A stretch of 64,000 bases of DNA from Balanoglossus misakiensis. Taxonomy: Eukaryota; Animalia; Hemichordata. Shown here in pieces: positions 1 through 12,267 of the stretch. Position numbers and translations under genes: made by a program. Under the pieces are notes generated by a model. The model did not search any database. It was given only the letters and a program-made list of their open reading frames with translations, and was not told the DNA's origin. The stretch spans positions 4,508,831 to 4,572,830 of the forward strand of contig CM082578.2 of assembly GCA_040954595.2 (NCBI GenBank), in the 5' to 3' direction. Each line of letters opens with the position of its first letter. Positions within the stretch are counted from its first letter, which is position 1.

Positions 1-2199
1 CAAATTACTCTTGAGGACTATTGTTGCTCCAAAAATTGTTTTGATTACAAGATTAAAACTGCCTAATTACCGGTAATTCGCAGATTTGTTACAAATAGTT
101 TTTTCAAGTTTGAAGTCCTAAATTTGAAGACAGCTTTATGTTTACCACAGCGAATATCTTCATATCAAACATTCATATCATGCAGTTATTACAGCCAGAT
201 GGTATGCGACTACAATTGTACGTTTCAGAGTCTATAAACGCGCGTTTCACTTACCTTATCCCTAAATGGTGCTACTTTACTGCTTTTCATCGCGGAAGTG
301 AAATAAATCCTGTTTCGTCCCCTTCCTTTCTATCACAGTGCTTCACTTTGGAGGAGCTTCTCTGACTTGGGTCGACGTCGGCAAGTCTCGCGATATCAAA
401 CAAGTGCATCTAGTTTTATTCTCTGTTTTCAAAGTGACACGCAGCACATTTTGAATATTGCAAAGTCTGGTAAAGTTTTGAGGGCTATGCTGTTTATTGT
501 CTGTCACCGACGGTCATACCACTTTGAACACAGGAAAAATAACTTTGGGCAGAAAAACGTAGCCAGGCAACACAAGTTTTCTTAAGAATTGTATAAAACG
601 TACATTTGTTCAGGTATAAGTATCTTAGTATGAACTAGTGGAACACTATTCACTATTTTAAAAAGAACATAGCCCAGCGTGTCATGTTTCAATTGAGACT
701 ACCGTGTATTGGGTAGAATGCCTCATAATACATACTAGAGCTATTCCTTGGGTAATTGAATAGTATCAATATAATCCGCTCTGACAAATAAGAGGATTGG
801 AGGTTTACCTTTTCATTCTTTTCCACCTACTTTGTTACAGTAAACCACGCAAGAAGGCTTGCTTTCATGGTACAATGAGCTTTAAAATAGTGTTAAAAAT
901 TTGCCAAAGGCCTGCCTACTCAAGTTGTTCGGCGCTTCAGTAACCTCCAATGTTCTTATATAAGCGAGCCGCATTATCTCGAAGTTGGCTAGTGCAATTG
1001 TTAATACACTTTCTTATCACATACATAGACCAAGTTATCCCTATAGTGTGACGTCACACTACAGGTATATGACCTCGACGAATCCTTATTACACATGTGT
1101 TGAATATGGATGCCCGGACTATTTTCTTTATGTAAACAAACAAAAAATCACCCGTTCTCGATCAGAAATATGCCCGAATCCCAAAAGTGGGAGACTTATG
1201 AAGCACAGGGAAATATGGGGTAATAAAGCACATGTTTTAAATGTAAAATGAGCATGTAAAATTGCAAGTTAAACGTCACGATCGACATCGCTGGAGCATC
1301 GAGCAACACAACACCAGCAGCTTGCAGCCAGTCAACAGGTCGAGTCGAGCAGGCGAGCGATGACCATGTTTTATTTTAGGCAGTAGCAACGACATTTCTC
1401 AGGACATAAATGTAGTAGGAGAAAAAAACAATTTATTCTTGTCATTTCCCAGCATTTACAGTAAATTTGACATCAATTCACCACGAACTATTGTTGTTTT
1501 CAATGTTCCAGATACATGATGTTTATCGGTTTCTCAGTGAATCTTGGATAAAAGTTTGCATTTAGATTTTAAACCGACACGTCTTCAATGTAAATATTTA
1601 ACAATGATTTTATTGCTAAAGTGTTTCACAAATTTGAAATTGATATGCTGCTTGCAATTTCTATTCGAAAAGTCAATGTTGTTCGACCCGTTATAAAATG
1701 CCCGGCGTTGTAAACAATGGGGCCGCGCGCTGTCAATCCAAGTAACGTTCACGTAGTTTTCTTAAATTCGCCGTGTTATCAGTGTATTCATCCATATTTA
1801 CCTACCAAAAATATCGTCAGGTGAAGTGATACCATATTTCGTCTGATTTCACTCAGAAATAGCACGATAAACTTAACCTTTGGGGCCCGTTATTACTAAC
1901 AGCTGATCGCGGTTTAATGTCCGTTTGCGTGTGACCCCAACACGGGACCCCGACCGCATAAAATGATATGTCGATCCTTTTTTTATTATTTATTTATTAT
2001 TTAAATCAGGATTTAAAGTACATCCCATAGAACAGCTAAAAAATGCAAACAGGAATACGGCATTGTCAGAAGAAAAAAAACAACAACACAAGACAAGCAG
2101 ACACAAACAACAATTATAATAGAAACAAAAAGAACAAATATAAAAAGTCAGTCAAAAAGCAGTAAAAAAGATAATCCGCTGTACTTGAACTAAAAGGCA

Positions 2200-3579
2200 T
2201 TATAATATATACATCGACTTTCTGTAGAGCTGTTGAAATTTTGACAGGACAAAGATATCAGAGTTCACTAATTTGTTCAAAATGCTATTGCCACTGTTGT
2301 AAATTCTGACATAGAATTTGTAAAGTAATTTTCGCCTCAAACATTCGAAGGAAGGGACATTGTTAAATACACACATTCCACTAGCACTGTAATCTCGTGG
2401 CAGGCACAATAGAATACGAAAGGCATTGTTGTAAGCCACTCTAAGACTGTTCATGTTTTTCGTGCTGTACTGCCACCATACATGTAAATGTGAACAATAC
2501 ATATTAGTACAATAGGTGCGAAATAAACTGACCTTCACATGATTATTACAATTTGCAAATTTACGAGTCAATATATTTGCCTGTGCATAAAATTTACACA
2601 TCTGTCTCTTAATGTCAGCATCATGTGTCATTGTTTCTGTAAAAACATAGCCAAGATATTTATGTTGTGACACAACATTCAACATTTTACCGCCCAAGAA
2701 CACTGGTGGTATCTTATCTATAGTCAGATTCGATTTGCCTGGTATGAAATACATGCATTCTGATTTCTTGGGGTGAAATACAATATCATGTTCAAGACCA
2801 TACTTTTCACATATTGAAACTAGTTTACGCAGGGCACTGATGGACGGAGCCAACAAAGCAATATCATCTGCATACATCAATTGGTTAATAATAGATCCAC
2901 CGATGGTACAACCCTTTCCACATGAATTTAAACGTTCACTCAAATTATCCATATAAACCTTAAATAAGTACGGAGATAAAATGCCACCCTGTCGGACACC
3001 ATTTTTGACTGAAAATAACGAGGAAAAGCATTCTCCCCACCTAATACAAAAAAGTTGTGTCCGGTACCAAACAATTATAATCCGAATTACATACCAGGGC
3101 ACGGATCTATGAATAAGCTTCTTAAATAAAACCCAGTGGTTTACCCGATCAAACGCTTTGGTAGCATCCAAAAAACATGCAAAAACTGGACTGTTAAAAT
3201 GACTGTAGTACGAGATTATTTCTTTCATTGCATAGATACAAAAGTCAGTTGAATGACGACGTTTGAATCCGAACTGCATGTCTGTTTTATACAGGAAATC
3301 TTTGCAACGCTCTAGAATGATCAACTCTAACATCTTAGATGTAACCGTAGCAATAGCAATAGGCCTGTAGTTATCTTTACTAGAGACATCCCTGGTTTTA
3401 TCTTTGACTAGAGGGACAAGAGTAGTTTTCATAAGATTAGTAGGAAGATATCCATGAGTTAACATCGCTGAGAAAGACAATGCCAACATAACATGCAGGC
3501 GCTCATTTGCATATTTAAAATGTTCACCCGAAAGGTGATCATGACCAGCTGTTTTCCCAAAGGGTAATTTTCTAATCAC
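2200..3579 (-). pseudogene. LINE ORF2 reverse transcriptase portion (frameshifted from the endonuclease portion)
   Basis: Motifs NYRPIA, QFGF, LDATKAFDRVNH, GVRQGGILSP, YADD, KYLG. Confidence 0.92.
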
Positions 3580-5018
3580 TTCCGCACATCATTCGGTACA
3601 TCATTTATAGACTCTGAATCATTTAACCATGACATCACATAATGTTCATGGTCATTATTGGTCACAGATGAGAGTAACATTTTGAAATGATTTTGCCACA
3701 TGTTAGCAATATCTTGATGACCAGAACAACCGTCAACATTCGAAGATAAAGGTGTGCTATGATTTTTCATCGAACGAACTTTCTTCCAAAATGTATTGCA
3801 GTCATGAGACTGCAATGAGTCAGCCAGGCCATCAGCCCTTGCTTGTTTTTCACGGCGTCTACATATGCGTAGTGCATGTTTAAACCGTGCACGTGCTGAA
3901 CTCATTATCATATATACAGGACCATGACGTGGTTTACCCACATTTACCCACAATTTGAACGCTTTTCTTGAATTATCATGAAATTCTTTAACATAATCAT
4001 TCCAACCTGGGATCACATGATCCAAATTGCAATTAGAAGTTAAGAAACAGTCTTGGGATGCATGAGTAAGAGAAGAGATTATGTCATTATAAAACTTCTC
4101 GATATAGTACTTGTGATCTTCAGATTCACAGAACTTGTTATCACAACTTAGTACTTCCAAAGGCACATGTATATCTTCAAGAAGTCGAGCAGACTTGATG
4201 TTATAAGAGTTGATCATATGGTCATTCACTTTGGTCCAGTTAATGTGGTTACCAACATTATTGCAATTTAAGCTGTGCATATCCAATGAAGGTAAATTTC
4301 CAAATGACATGACGAGCGAGATCGGCAGATGATCCGATGCTACATAATCTTTAAGAACTTCTACAGATATAATAGCGTCATGAGCCAACTTAGACGACAC
4401 ACAGTGATCTAGCCATGACGTAGTGTTGTGCACATCACTGACAAATGTGAACGTTTCTGAACCGGCATTTAGAAACTCGATATCAGAGATGAGGTACCCA
4501 TGTTCCATACAGAATGCGGTCAATTCTCTGCCAAAAGGTTTACGTGGGTCAGCATTCCAATCCCCTGCGATGATAAAACTGCTGAGATTCTGTTCCATTA
4601 TAACAGTTTGTATTTTTGACAGATATCTTACATAGTCGTCATAATTATGATCACTATTAGTAGGTAGATAAACCGATAAGATAGTAAGAAGTTTATCACC
4701 ACATTGGAGTTCAAGACCAGTTAAGCGATCATCATTGTAATCTTTGGTTGTCACTTTAACAGCACTTGACAAAGATTTTCTCCAACGAATGGCGACGCCC
4801 CCATAAGGTCTACCTATCCTAAAACCAAGCTCTTCATTAATGGCAGAGACACCAGTTGCATAAAAGTCAGCATGAACACGAGAAAGTAATGGTATTTCAG
4901 ACTTAGTTAACCAATGTTCTTGCAATAGAACTATGTCATGATCATTACAAAGTAGCCTGATTTCATCTACTGCAGATTTGAAGCCTCGACAGTTGTATGT
5001 AGTGATGCGGAGAGTCAT
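3576..5018 (-). pseudogene. LINE ORF2 apurinic-type endonuclease and linker
   Basis: Motifs TYNCRG, LLQEHWL, GGVAI, SVYLP, GDWN, WLDH, SDHLP. The frame breaks at ...GTG CGG AAG TGA; one extra A would give ..VRKVIRKL continuous with the RT ORF. Confidence 0.92.
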
Positions 5019-5222
5019 TTATTTGTTTTAGCTGGATAGAATCGTCTTACCAGGACTCCAACGGGCCAGATTGATGGATCCATCAACGTACTGTACTGTT
5101 TACCATCCGCGGTGATCGTAAATGATGCATATGTGTCGTACCTAGATTTCAACCTCTCACATTTAACTTCCGCGTTTATTTTCTTCTCTATGTAACTTTC
5201 CACATCAGACGCCTCAGTACAA
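5015..5222 (-). pseudogene. LINE ORF1 C-terminal remnant
   Basis: ..YASFTIT..DPSIWPVGVLVRRF, a typical ORF1 ending; its stop overlaps the ORF2 start (ATGA). Confidence 0.75.
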
Positions 5223-5358
5223 AAATATTTTAAATATTTTAAATAATACAAAAATATTTTAAATATTTTAAAATACTGCTATCTTTCTTTCGCTGAAATG
5301 TTATAAATTCACAATGAAACTCAATTTCATGGAAACTTGGTCTATGTATGTGATAAAC

Positions 5359-5526
5359 ATATAATTCCCCCGCATTCCTCACTCGTGTGTCTGCGTCGCG
5401 AACTCGTGATTCCCCGTATAGCTGTATCCCTCCTCGCCTGCGGCTCGGAGGGATACGGCCGCTATACGGGGAATCACTCGTCCGCGACGCAGACACACTC
5501 GTTCGAAATACGGGGGAATTATATAT
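5359..5526. repeat. ~170-bp GC-rich imperfect hairpin, probable end of a non-autonomous DNA element
   Basis: Arms atataattcccccg..tgtgtctgcgtcgcg..tgattccccgtatagc..gtatccctcc / ggagggatac..gctatacggggaatca..cgcgacgcagacaca..cgggggaattatat around the loop tcgcctgcggctc. Confidence 0.8.
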
Positions 5527-5659
5527 AATAATACCCCCTAAATCTATCTTACATGTTTCCTGGAGAAATATAGCCAGATCCCGTGCCAGGCACTGAGAAA
5601 ATTGACATTTTTGCGTTGTTTGCATTATTTTATTCTCAAACTTAGAATGGTCCATTTAA

Positions 5660-5846
5660 AGGTATATGGTCACCTATGGAAGTTTAGCTACAGTTACCAT
5701 GGTAAACTTGAGATCTAGCCAATCACAGATTTAAAGTGGGTGGCACACGCGAAAATAAAGAGCGCCACCATATATTCTTTAGAACCCTCAAATACGCCAT
5801 TTCAGCCATATATGGGCGTATGTAAATTGGAGGTGACTGTATACCT
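5660..5846. mobile_element. Kolobok-like MITE with TTAA TSD
   Basis: TTAA|aggtatatggtcacct ... aggtgactgtatacct|TTAA. Confidence 0.75.
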
Positions 5847-6553
5847 TTAATGAGCTAATCGATGGGTAAACATAAACATATTATCAACTTCTGGTTGTGG
5901 CCGTACATGGACATATGAACCAATTAAAGAATAACCAGATGTCGCACCCGTTTATTCAACTACCCATTTCAAGAGTACTTTCTACTGTGGTATGCACACA
6001 TGCACATTGGAATCTTCACTAATTCAATAAAAGGTTTTCTGTGGCCTGCTAAAAGTGGAAGCTCTTGGGGCTTTAATGCTCCAGACATTTTGGAAAAAAT
6101 CCTTCTTTTTCTAACACAAATAAGTCCTTCGGTATTAGCTAGAGAGTTTCTGGTCACGCGAACTTTTTTCAACTATCTCAAAGTCGTATTTTCGCTTTTC
6201 CACTTCCAACGACCACTATGAGACCAAATAGTCTTCGTAGCCTTTCTACAACTATGAAGCGCTTCAACTATACCAGATACTATTTACAACGACATGTAGA
6301 TTCGCCGTTGAAAATATGCGAAGAAATTCAAAGCAAGAAACTTGCACTTTGGGTTAGAGGCATGAAACTTGGTACAATTTTTCGCTGACTCATGGCGGTT
6401 GTTTTAAAATATGGATTGCAAAAGACAGCTGTCTATATAAAATAATTGCTTTTGTGTACAGAAAAACGGTTTCGAGTTCTTTATATCTCGGGGAGGAGGT
6501 ACGAAGCGCCCTCAAACGACTGTACCTTACAGCCCACACAGTACTCTATTTGG

Positions 6554-7467
6554 TAGTCTGGTCCCCTGCCCCATCCCCGCCGCTGGTTGCGCTGCTCAAG
6601 GGAAGGGAAGGGTATGGTTACCACCCGAGTTTGGAGGTCTCTTTCTGACAATTAATTTGATATTTCTTCTGTCGATGTTTGAAGACACAATTGTCGGGTT
6701 TTTCAACAGCAGTAGTTCACTGATTTCTGCCCGTGTCTCAATCGTAGAAGTAGCTGTCATCGCCAAAACTTTTGCATTATTAAATATTGCCCGGAGGTTT
6801 TTTAAATGTTTGGAATCAGGGCGAAAGTCAGTACCCCATTGCACAACACAATGTGCCTCATCGATCACTATGTTTAGTAACCTTCTTCTGCCACACTGGT
6901 CTTCTAAAAACTTCAAACGCTTCTGGCTGCAGAATATGTTCTGGGTGTGAGAAAACGTAGGTAAAGTCGCCGTCTAGAAAGCGTTTTTTTCACAGTACTC
7001 CCGAAAGAAAAATTACGGTCGATCTTCACGGCTTCAACACCCAACTTGCTGCATTGCTCCTCGATGATTGCGTTCAGTGGAGCTATTATAACGACAGCAG
7101 CAGTCTCCGCCGGTGGGAATAGAATCGGCAGTGATTCAAATATCACTGACTTTCCATATCCTGTTGGCAACAGCGCGATACAGTCTCCTTTCAAGCACAC
7201 TGCCAAACAGTCCACCTGTTTCGGTTTTTAAAAAAGTGAAAGCAGAGCCGCGTCGACGGTTAATACAAGACAGTGCATACTTTGTGCGAATAACAAAGTC
7301 GAGCGTTTCTTTGAACGACGCCTTGTTTGTCGTCTGAAAACTTTATTGACCAATCAGCACGCTCGATATTAATGTCCAATCACAGCCATGCATTAAATGG
7401 CCTTTACCTGACCCCTTTCGTGAGTGTAGCGCCAGCAGCGGGAGAAAGGGGACAGGGTACCAGACTA
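6554..7467 (-). mobile_element. AcademH-like DNA transposon deletion derivative carrying a RecQ helicase fragment
   Basis: Termini tagtctggtcccctg.. / ..cagggtaccagacta; perfect 9-bp TSD tctatttgg (6545-6553, 7468-7476); internal helicase motifs. Confidence 0.88.
6596..7215 (-). pseudogene. RecQ-family SF2 helicase fragment (two frameshifted ORFs)
   Basis: Walker A LPTGYGKS, motif Ia APLNA, DEAH plus the RecQ aromatic loop CVVQWGTDFRP, motif III MTAT; the second RecA domain is missing. Confidence 0.85.
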
Positions 7468-10118
7468 TCTATTTGGCTCCATAGCCGCCAAATTTCACAG
7501 CACCGTTTTAATACATAGCATGTTCAAATTGCAACATGCAGTCACAGTCGGGCATAAGGTGTTCATGTATACCAATCAGTAAGCTTGTTTAGATGGCTCA
7601 ATTTAGGTTGGAAAATAAAATCATGAAAAAAATGCAAAACGCGGCAGCTCTAGAGGTGTACTTGCGAATGCTTGCGAATCACACTCATACTAGTTTTTTT
7701 TGCATTTGTGCCACTCTGTTTTGGATATAGGTGGTGGTGGAGGGCGTGGGAGAGGGGTAGTCAGTGTGATCAAGTCAGCAAATTCAAATAGCATATCATC
7801 TCATATCAGCCCAAAATTGTATCAAAATGTATCAGGCCCGACCAAGTGTTTGGCGTATCCTTTAGGCATGTAATTATCATGTACAGAGCAAGGAAATTGA
7901 TTTGACCGAATTAATCATATTTTTTATTTCACCAAGGATATATACAACATCAATAATGATAACAACCCACCAAATCTCAAAGTGTACATCTTTTCTGTGG
8001 TGATGATGACCATGGAAAAAGTCCATAAGGACTAATCTAGTTCTTGGCCCTATGATTATCTCAAGGAAAAAATAACTGTAAAAATAAGCAACAATAATAT
8101 TGTGTAATGAATGTAATCAACACTAAAATATATTAATATATCACTAGTTAATTTAGTAAATAAGAATACAATTCCGTTTTGAAAAGTCTGTCGAATTAGT
8201 AATTTCTCTAATGAAGATGGTTTTATAGTTCCACAGTTACACTGCTATTTTACACTTGCTGTTTTTTTCCGATTTTATGATTTTTACCAGTGTTGACGTT
8301 TCGAAGATTAACATCCTGGAAGCGAACTTGAAGACAATTCGTCAGTCATTTCCAAGATTTCATTTACGTCGTCGCCCCGCTCTGGCAACCCGCCAACAAT
8401 AGTCGTAAAAGCGCCCCCAACACAAATATGTAAATTTGGTGTTTGAGATTTTTTCAGTTCAGTCCCATCAGAAGTAACAGATGATTTGTACATCTCGTGG
8501 TTTGTCTTACAAGTTGGACATACAATAAATAGTTAGCTTCAAGTTTTACCGTGTTTACTGATATGACATTACACCAGGAGAAAGTATGTTTTATTACAAG
8601 CTTAGGGAAACCATTACGTCACAAGCCTCCACGACGTCCGGTCCGGCGTCCTCATCACAACTTCAGCACTGCGTTGTTTTGTTCATGTGCATTCGATTGA
8701 AGAACTTACCAGAAGTGGACTATACTGTAAGACAATAACAGCATACCGCCGGTCATGGCTCTACACGGGATTATGCTCATGTTTTCAATAATGTTGCCAA
8801 TCCGTGGTAAGTGCACTTTTAAATTTCCTGATGTACGTCGTCGATCTGCCGAGTACACGGGCGACACTGCAACTACATGTATCAATTTCGACGAGACAGT
8901 CCACACATAAAGACTGCGTTTGATGTGAACAGAATTATCCACTGAAACATTCCGTTTGACAGTGATGATAAGGGGCTGTGATTAGGGCAAAATTCTAATG
9001 CGGTGCCAAAACAAAACGTCACGATTACTAGTCTATATTTATTATACAGTGCTAGTCAGGCTGTGTGCTTGTCCGGTGATGAAACTGAAGTTGTGTGTGT
9101 TTTCATTTTGTGTTGTCTCGCTCGGGCATGTAAAGAAATTGATCGTACCTAGGCTATAGTAACATGTAGGTGACTGCAATGATGGTAGCGGGTGCTGCAC
9201 TAGGTTGACTGGTGTGTTCGCAGCTCTACTGCCAATCAACTTAGAACTTTTTGTTTCTTTTGTCAGCTTAGTTACAATTGGCTAACTCTTACCACTGATA
9301 AAATTTGAAAATGGCACAGTCGCATTCCAAAAATAAACACCTCTGACGCCCAAATTCCCCCCCCCCCCCAAAGTGTCCTGCTTCCATTAAAAATCAGAAA
9401 AAGCCGATGTTGTTCGCAGGTAGTGCTACAAATGTACAAAATTGTCAATCTGGCGGAACTTGCTACAAACTATTGCAGCTATCTAGTAAATTTAGGGATG
9501 TCCGTATTTGAGGTCACAATTGAAGGTCACTAGAGCATTGTATCTATAAACAATTAACATGATGTGTTCACATACCATATGTGGTTTGTACATTTTCAAT
9601 GACGCGACACTGAACTATATACTCTGATCCAGTCTAGGGTACTAGACTAAAAGTCTCATCAAAACTTATTCCACTTTATTCCACAAAGTTATTGGCTGCT
9701 TTATGCATACGTGTACGTGTGTCATGTGTGTTTAATATCCTGTTGAAATTCAGATTGAGTCTTTTACGTACCATAACTCTTGCAACTTGTATTGAAGTGT
9801 GGCCTGGTAATACTTGCGGCATGTATGAAAAGTCCTGTTTTAAGGAAAGTCATTTTCAAGTACTGCCAACTTATTCTTCAAATAGCACACACTATACATC
9901 ATGTAACTAACAGAAGTCTTAGATCTTGTGATCCACACGTGATGCAGACCTGTATAGTCTCATTACTAACACCAAAATGTGTATGACCTGAGAAAAAAAT
10001 AATAAATTGCTAAATGGACATTTCCTAATCTCAAGTTGTTCTGTTTAACCAATCAATATCTCATTGTCAAATAGAGCACTTTAGCATGAGTTCTGTAACA
10101 GTTGTGGTATGTGGTAGT

Positions 10119-10458
10119 CCTATTGCTACCGGGTGTCATAACCCGTTAGAGTCTCAAGTCCCATATAGATACGTATCATCACTGGAATACGTATTTAGAC
10201 AGTGTTGGTTCTTTGATTAGCTGCCATTATGGTGTATTGAGACAGGGTCGTTTGCCTCAATCTAGCTGTATCCACTGTTTATGATCATCTTGGCCTGATC
10301 AAATTACCCAGCAGAGGCGGTTTAGTACGTACTCAGCTGTTCAAATATTTGACGTTACACAGTCTGATACCAATTCATTTCTCCACAGTCAAGTATGCCC
10401 GGCAATCTAGGGGGGTAGGAAAATAACTACGTTTCCTACTGACTTGGCACTGTTAGGG
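10119..10458. mobile_element. Degenerate piggyBac-like MITE (related copy at 32198-32453)
   Basis: Ends ccta(t/a)tgctac.gggtgtca and actgacttggca..gttagggtta are shared with the 32.2-kb copy. Confidence 0.45.
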
Positions 10459-11133
10459 TTATACAGTCAACAACTTCATCCACGCTTGTGTGACCATGGT
10501 GTAAGCTCACCACTGAGCAGTCGCACTCTCAAGGGCAGGGCAACAAACTCAATACTTAAGGAAGTTGTATTATATTGTCAGTGGTTGTCGATGTGAAATT
10601 CAATACTAACAGGGCGGAGATGTATGTGACCTGACTTGCCCCACCCGGAAATGTTTATAAGCGTTTGAGCTTGGATATCACAGTTCATTGATGGAAACAG
10701 CAATCTCTTGTCTTTACAATGGTGTTTAATTATCTCTGGCCACTGCAGACAACTCCACCAATCTAGACTAACCACAATCCTCTGATTAAAACCAGATATG
10801 ATGAGAGTTGGGATCTTTACATTGTTGCTTCTTTTCGCCGTTGTCCGCCACACTAGACGATGACCACTGTCACTGTTGTGGTAACTTTATTCCGTAATAA
10901 CACCAATTCACATGTACCGTATTCCTCTGACATCAATTGCAAAATCCATTTTGATTATTTAACTTCACAACTGATATGGCGCATATATGGTATTTACCTG
11001 ACAAGAAGTTACTAAATTATGTCACCCTAAATTTCAGTCAGACTGAAGAATGTGAACAACATTCAAGGCAATGTTGTGTGTGTATGACGTCATTTGTCGG
11101 TTGCTATTGTTCATCACATTTGAATTCGGGACC

Positions 11134-11634
11134 AGGCACGTAAGCTGTAACTTTTGGGATAATTTTCATAATTTTTGTTTCAAACTGCACTACCATTAGT
11201 CCATGCAGATGAAGGCAGTGAACTATACACAAGCATTATAAACCCTAAATATGAGTGCATATACAAGTTTTAAGCAGATAAATAATAAAGCTTTGCCGCA
11301 AGCGATTATGGCCGCCACCGTGGGAAAATGCAAGAAACAATGAAAATGTCGCATTTCCGGTTGTGAAACTTCATAAACAAAACATGATCTCATCCACTTG
11401 AGCTCATGGAAGTAAATGTACACCACTGAGACATCAGATTTTCATTTTTCATTGCAATATTGCATTTTTTTTAAAAATTGCAGGAATTTTCGTTTTTCTT
11501 TAATTTTTGGTCATTTTTGATCAAGTGTTTAGCTTGATATATTATCATGAAATAGCATTTAATAGACATTATTAAAAGCATAGATGAGATTATTTAAAAC
11601 TTTAATTTTTTATCCAGTTGCAGCTTACGTGCCT
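11134..11634. mobile_element. Kolobok-like MITE (related partial copy ~17215-17575)
   Basis: TIR aggcacgtaagctgtaact / agttgcagcttacgtgcct followed by TTAA; internal similarity to 17220-17575. Confidence 0.65.
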
Positions 11635-11967
11635 TTAACTTTATGACAATGACAGTCCTGATGCACAAGGCATTTCATGATGCATGCTAAATAGGGAGTC
11701 AAAAAGAAACTGCAGTCGTTACACGGAACAAAAATAGGAAAAAAATAGCCATCATATTAGTTACGTTTAAACTAAGCCTTACAGAAAGAACGTATATCAC
11801 ATCACGCAGGGTGTTTCTGTTCATCACTTGAGAAACAAATTCATGGCATTCAGCTCTTCTGAAGTTCTGAAATTTAAAATTTGAGCAGAGAAAATGCCCA
11901 GTCGGCATGTTTTCAGTTAGCAAAACCAAATATAGTAGTCATCAGAGATTTATGGTAGTAAACTTAA

Positions 11968-12267
11968 AGGGACAAAGTCTCTCTCCTGCTGCCCCTTTTC
12001 CATTAATTATGTTTGATACAAGACACCATTTATGTTGTTATATCCCGTTTGTAGCATATGAGAGTAAAAATCTCACCAAAATGAATAAATGGTAAACACC
12101 GATTATTGATTTTGGCGAATGTTTCACTCTCGTGTCTACAAGTGGGATGGAAGTTGTGTGTGGTCGAACGTTGATCCACTATATATCCACATGTAGAATA
12201 ACATAAACGTTGTCTTGTATCAAAAATAAATAATAGAAAAAGACAGCAAGAGAGTGACTTTGTCCCT
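11968..12267. mobile_element. Palindromic TTAA-TSD MITE family (agggacaaagtc), copy 1
   Basis: TTAA|agggacaaagtc...gactttgtccct|TTAA; largely self-complementary. Confidence 0.85.

Larger units (their letters stand above)
1978..5222 (-). mobile_element. Non-LTR retrotransposon (LINE, APE endonuclease + RT), 5'-truncated within ORF1; clade undetermined
   Basis: ORF1 C-terminal remnant, endonuclease ORF and RT ORF in series on the - strand; A-rich (TAAA/TAA)n tail at ~1978-2003; tandem duplication tacaaaaatattttaaatattttaaa at the 5' junction; no clear TSD. Confidence 0.93.

Noticed and set aside
6596-7215. Host RecQ gene
   Set aside because: Partial, frameshifted, intronless and enclosed by TIRs and a TSD.
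8650-9810. Candidate first exons of the aGPCR (donor at ~8727, acceptor at ~9753)
   Set aside because: The join tested gives an in-frame stop and no convincing signal peptide.
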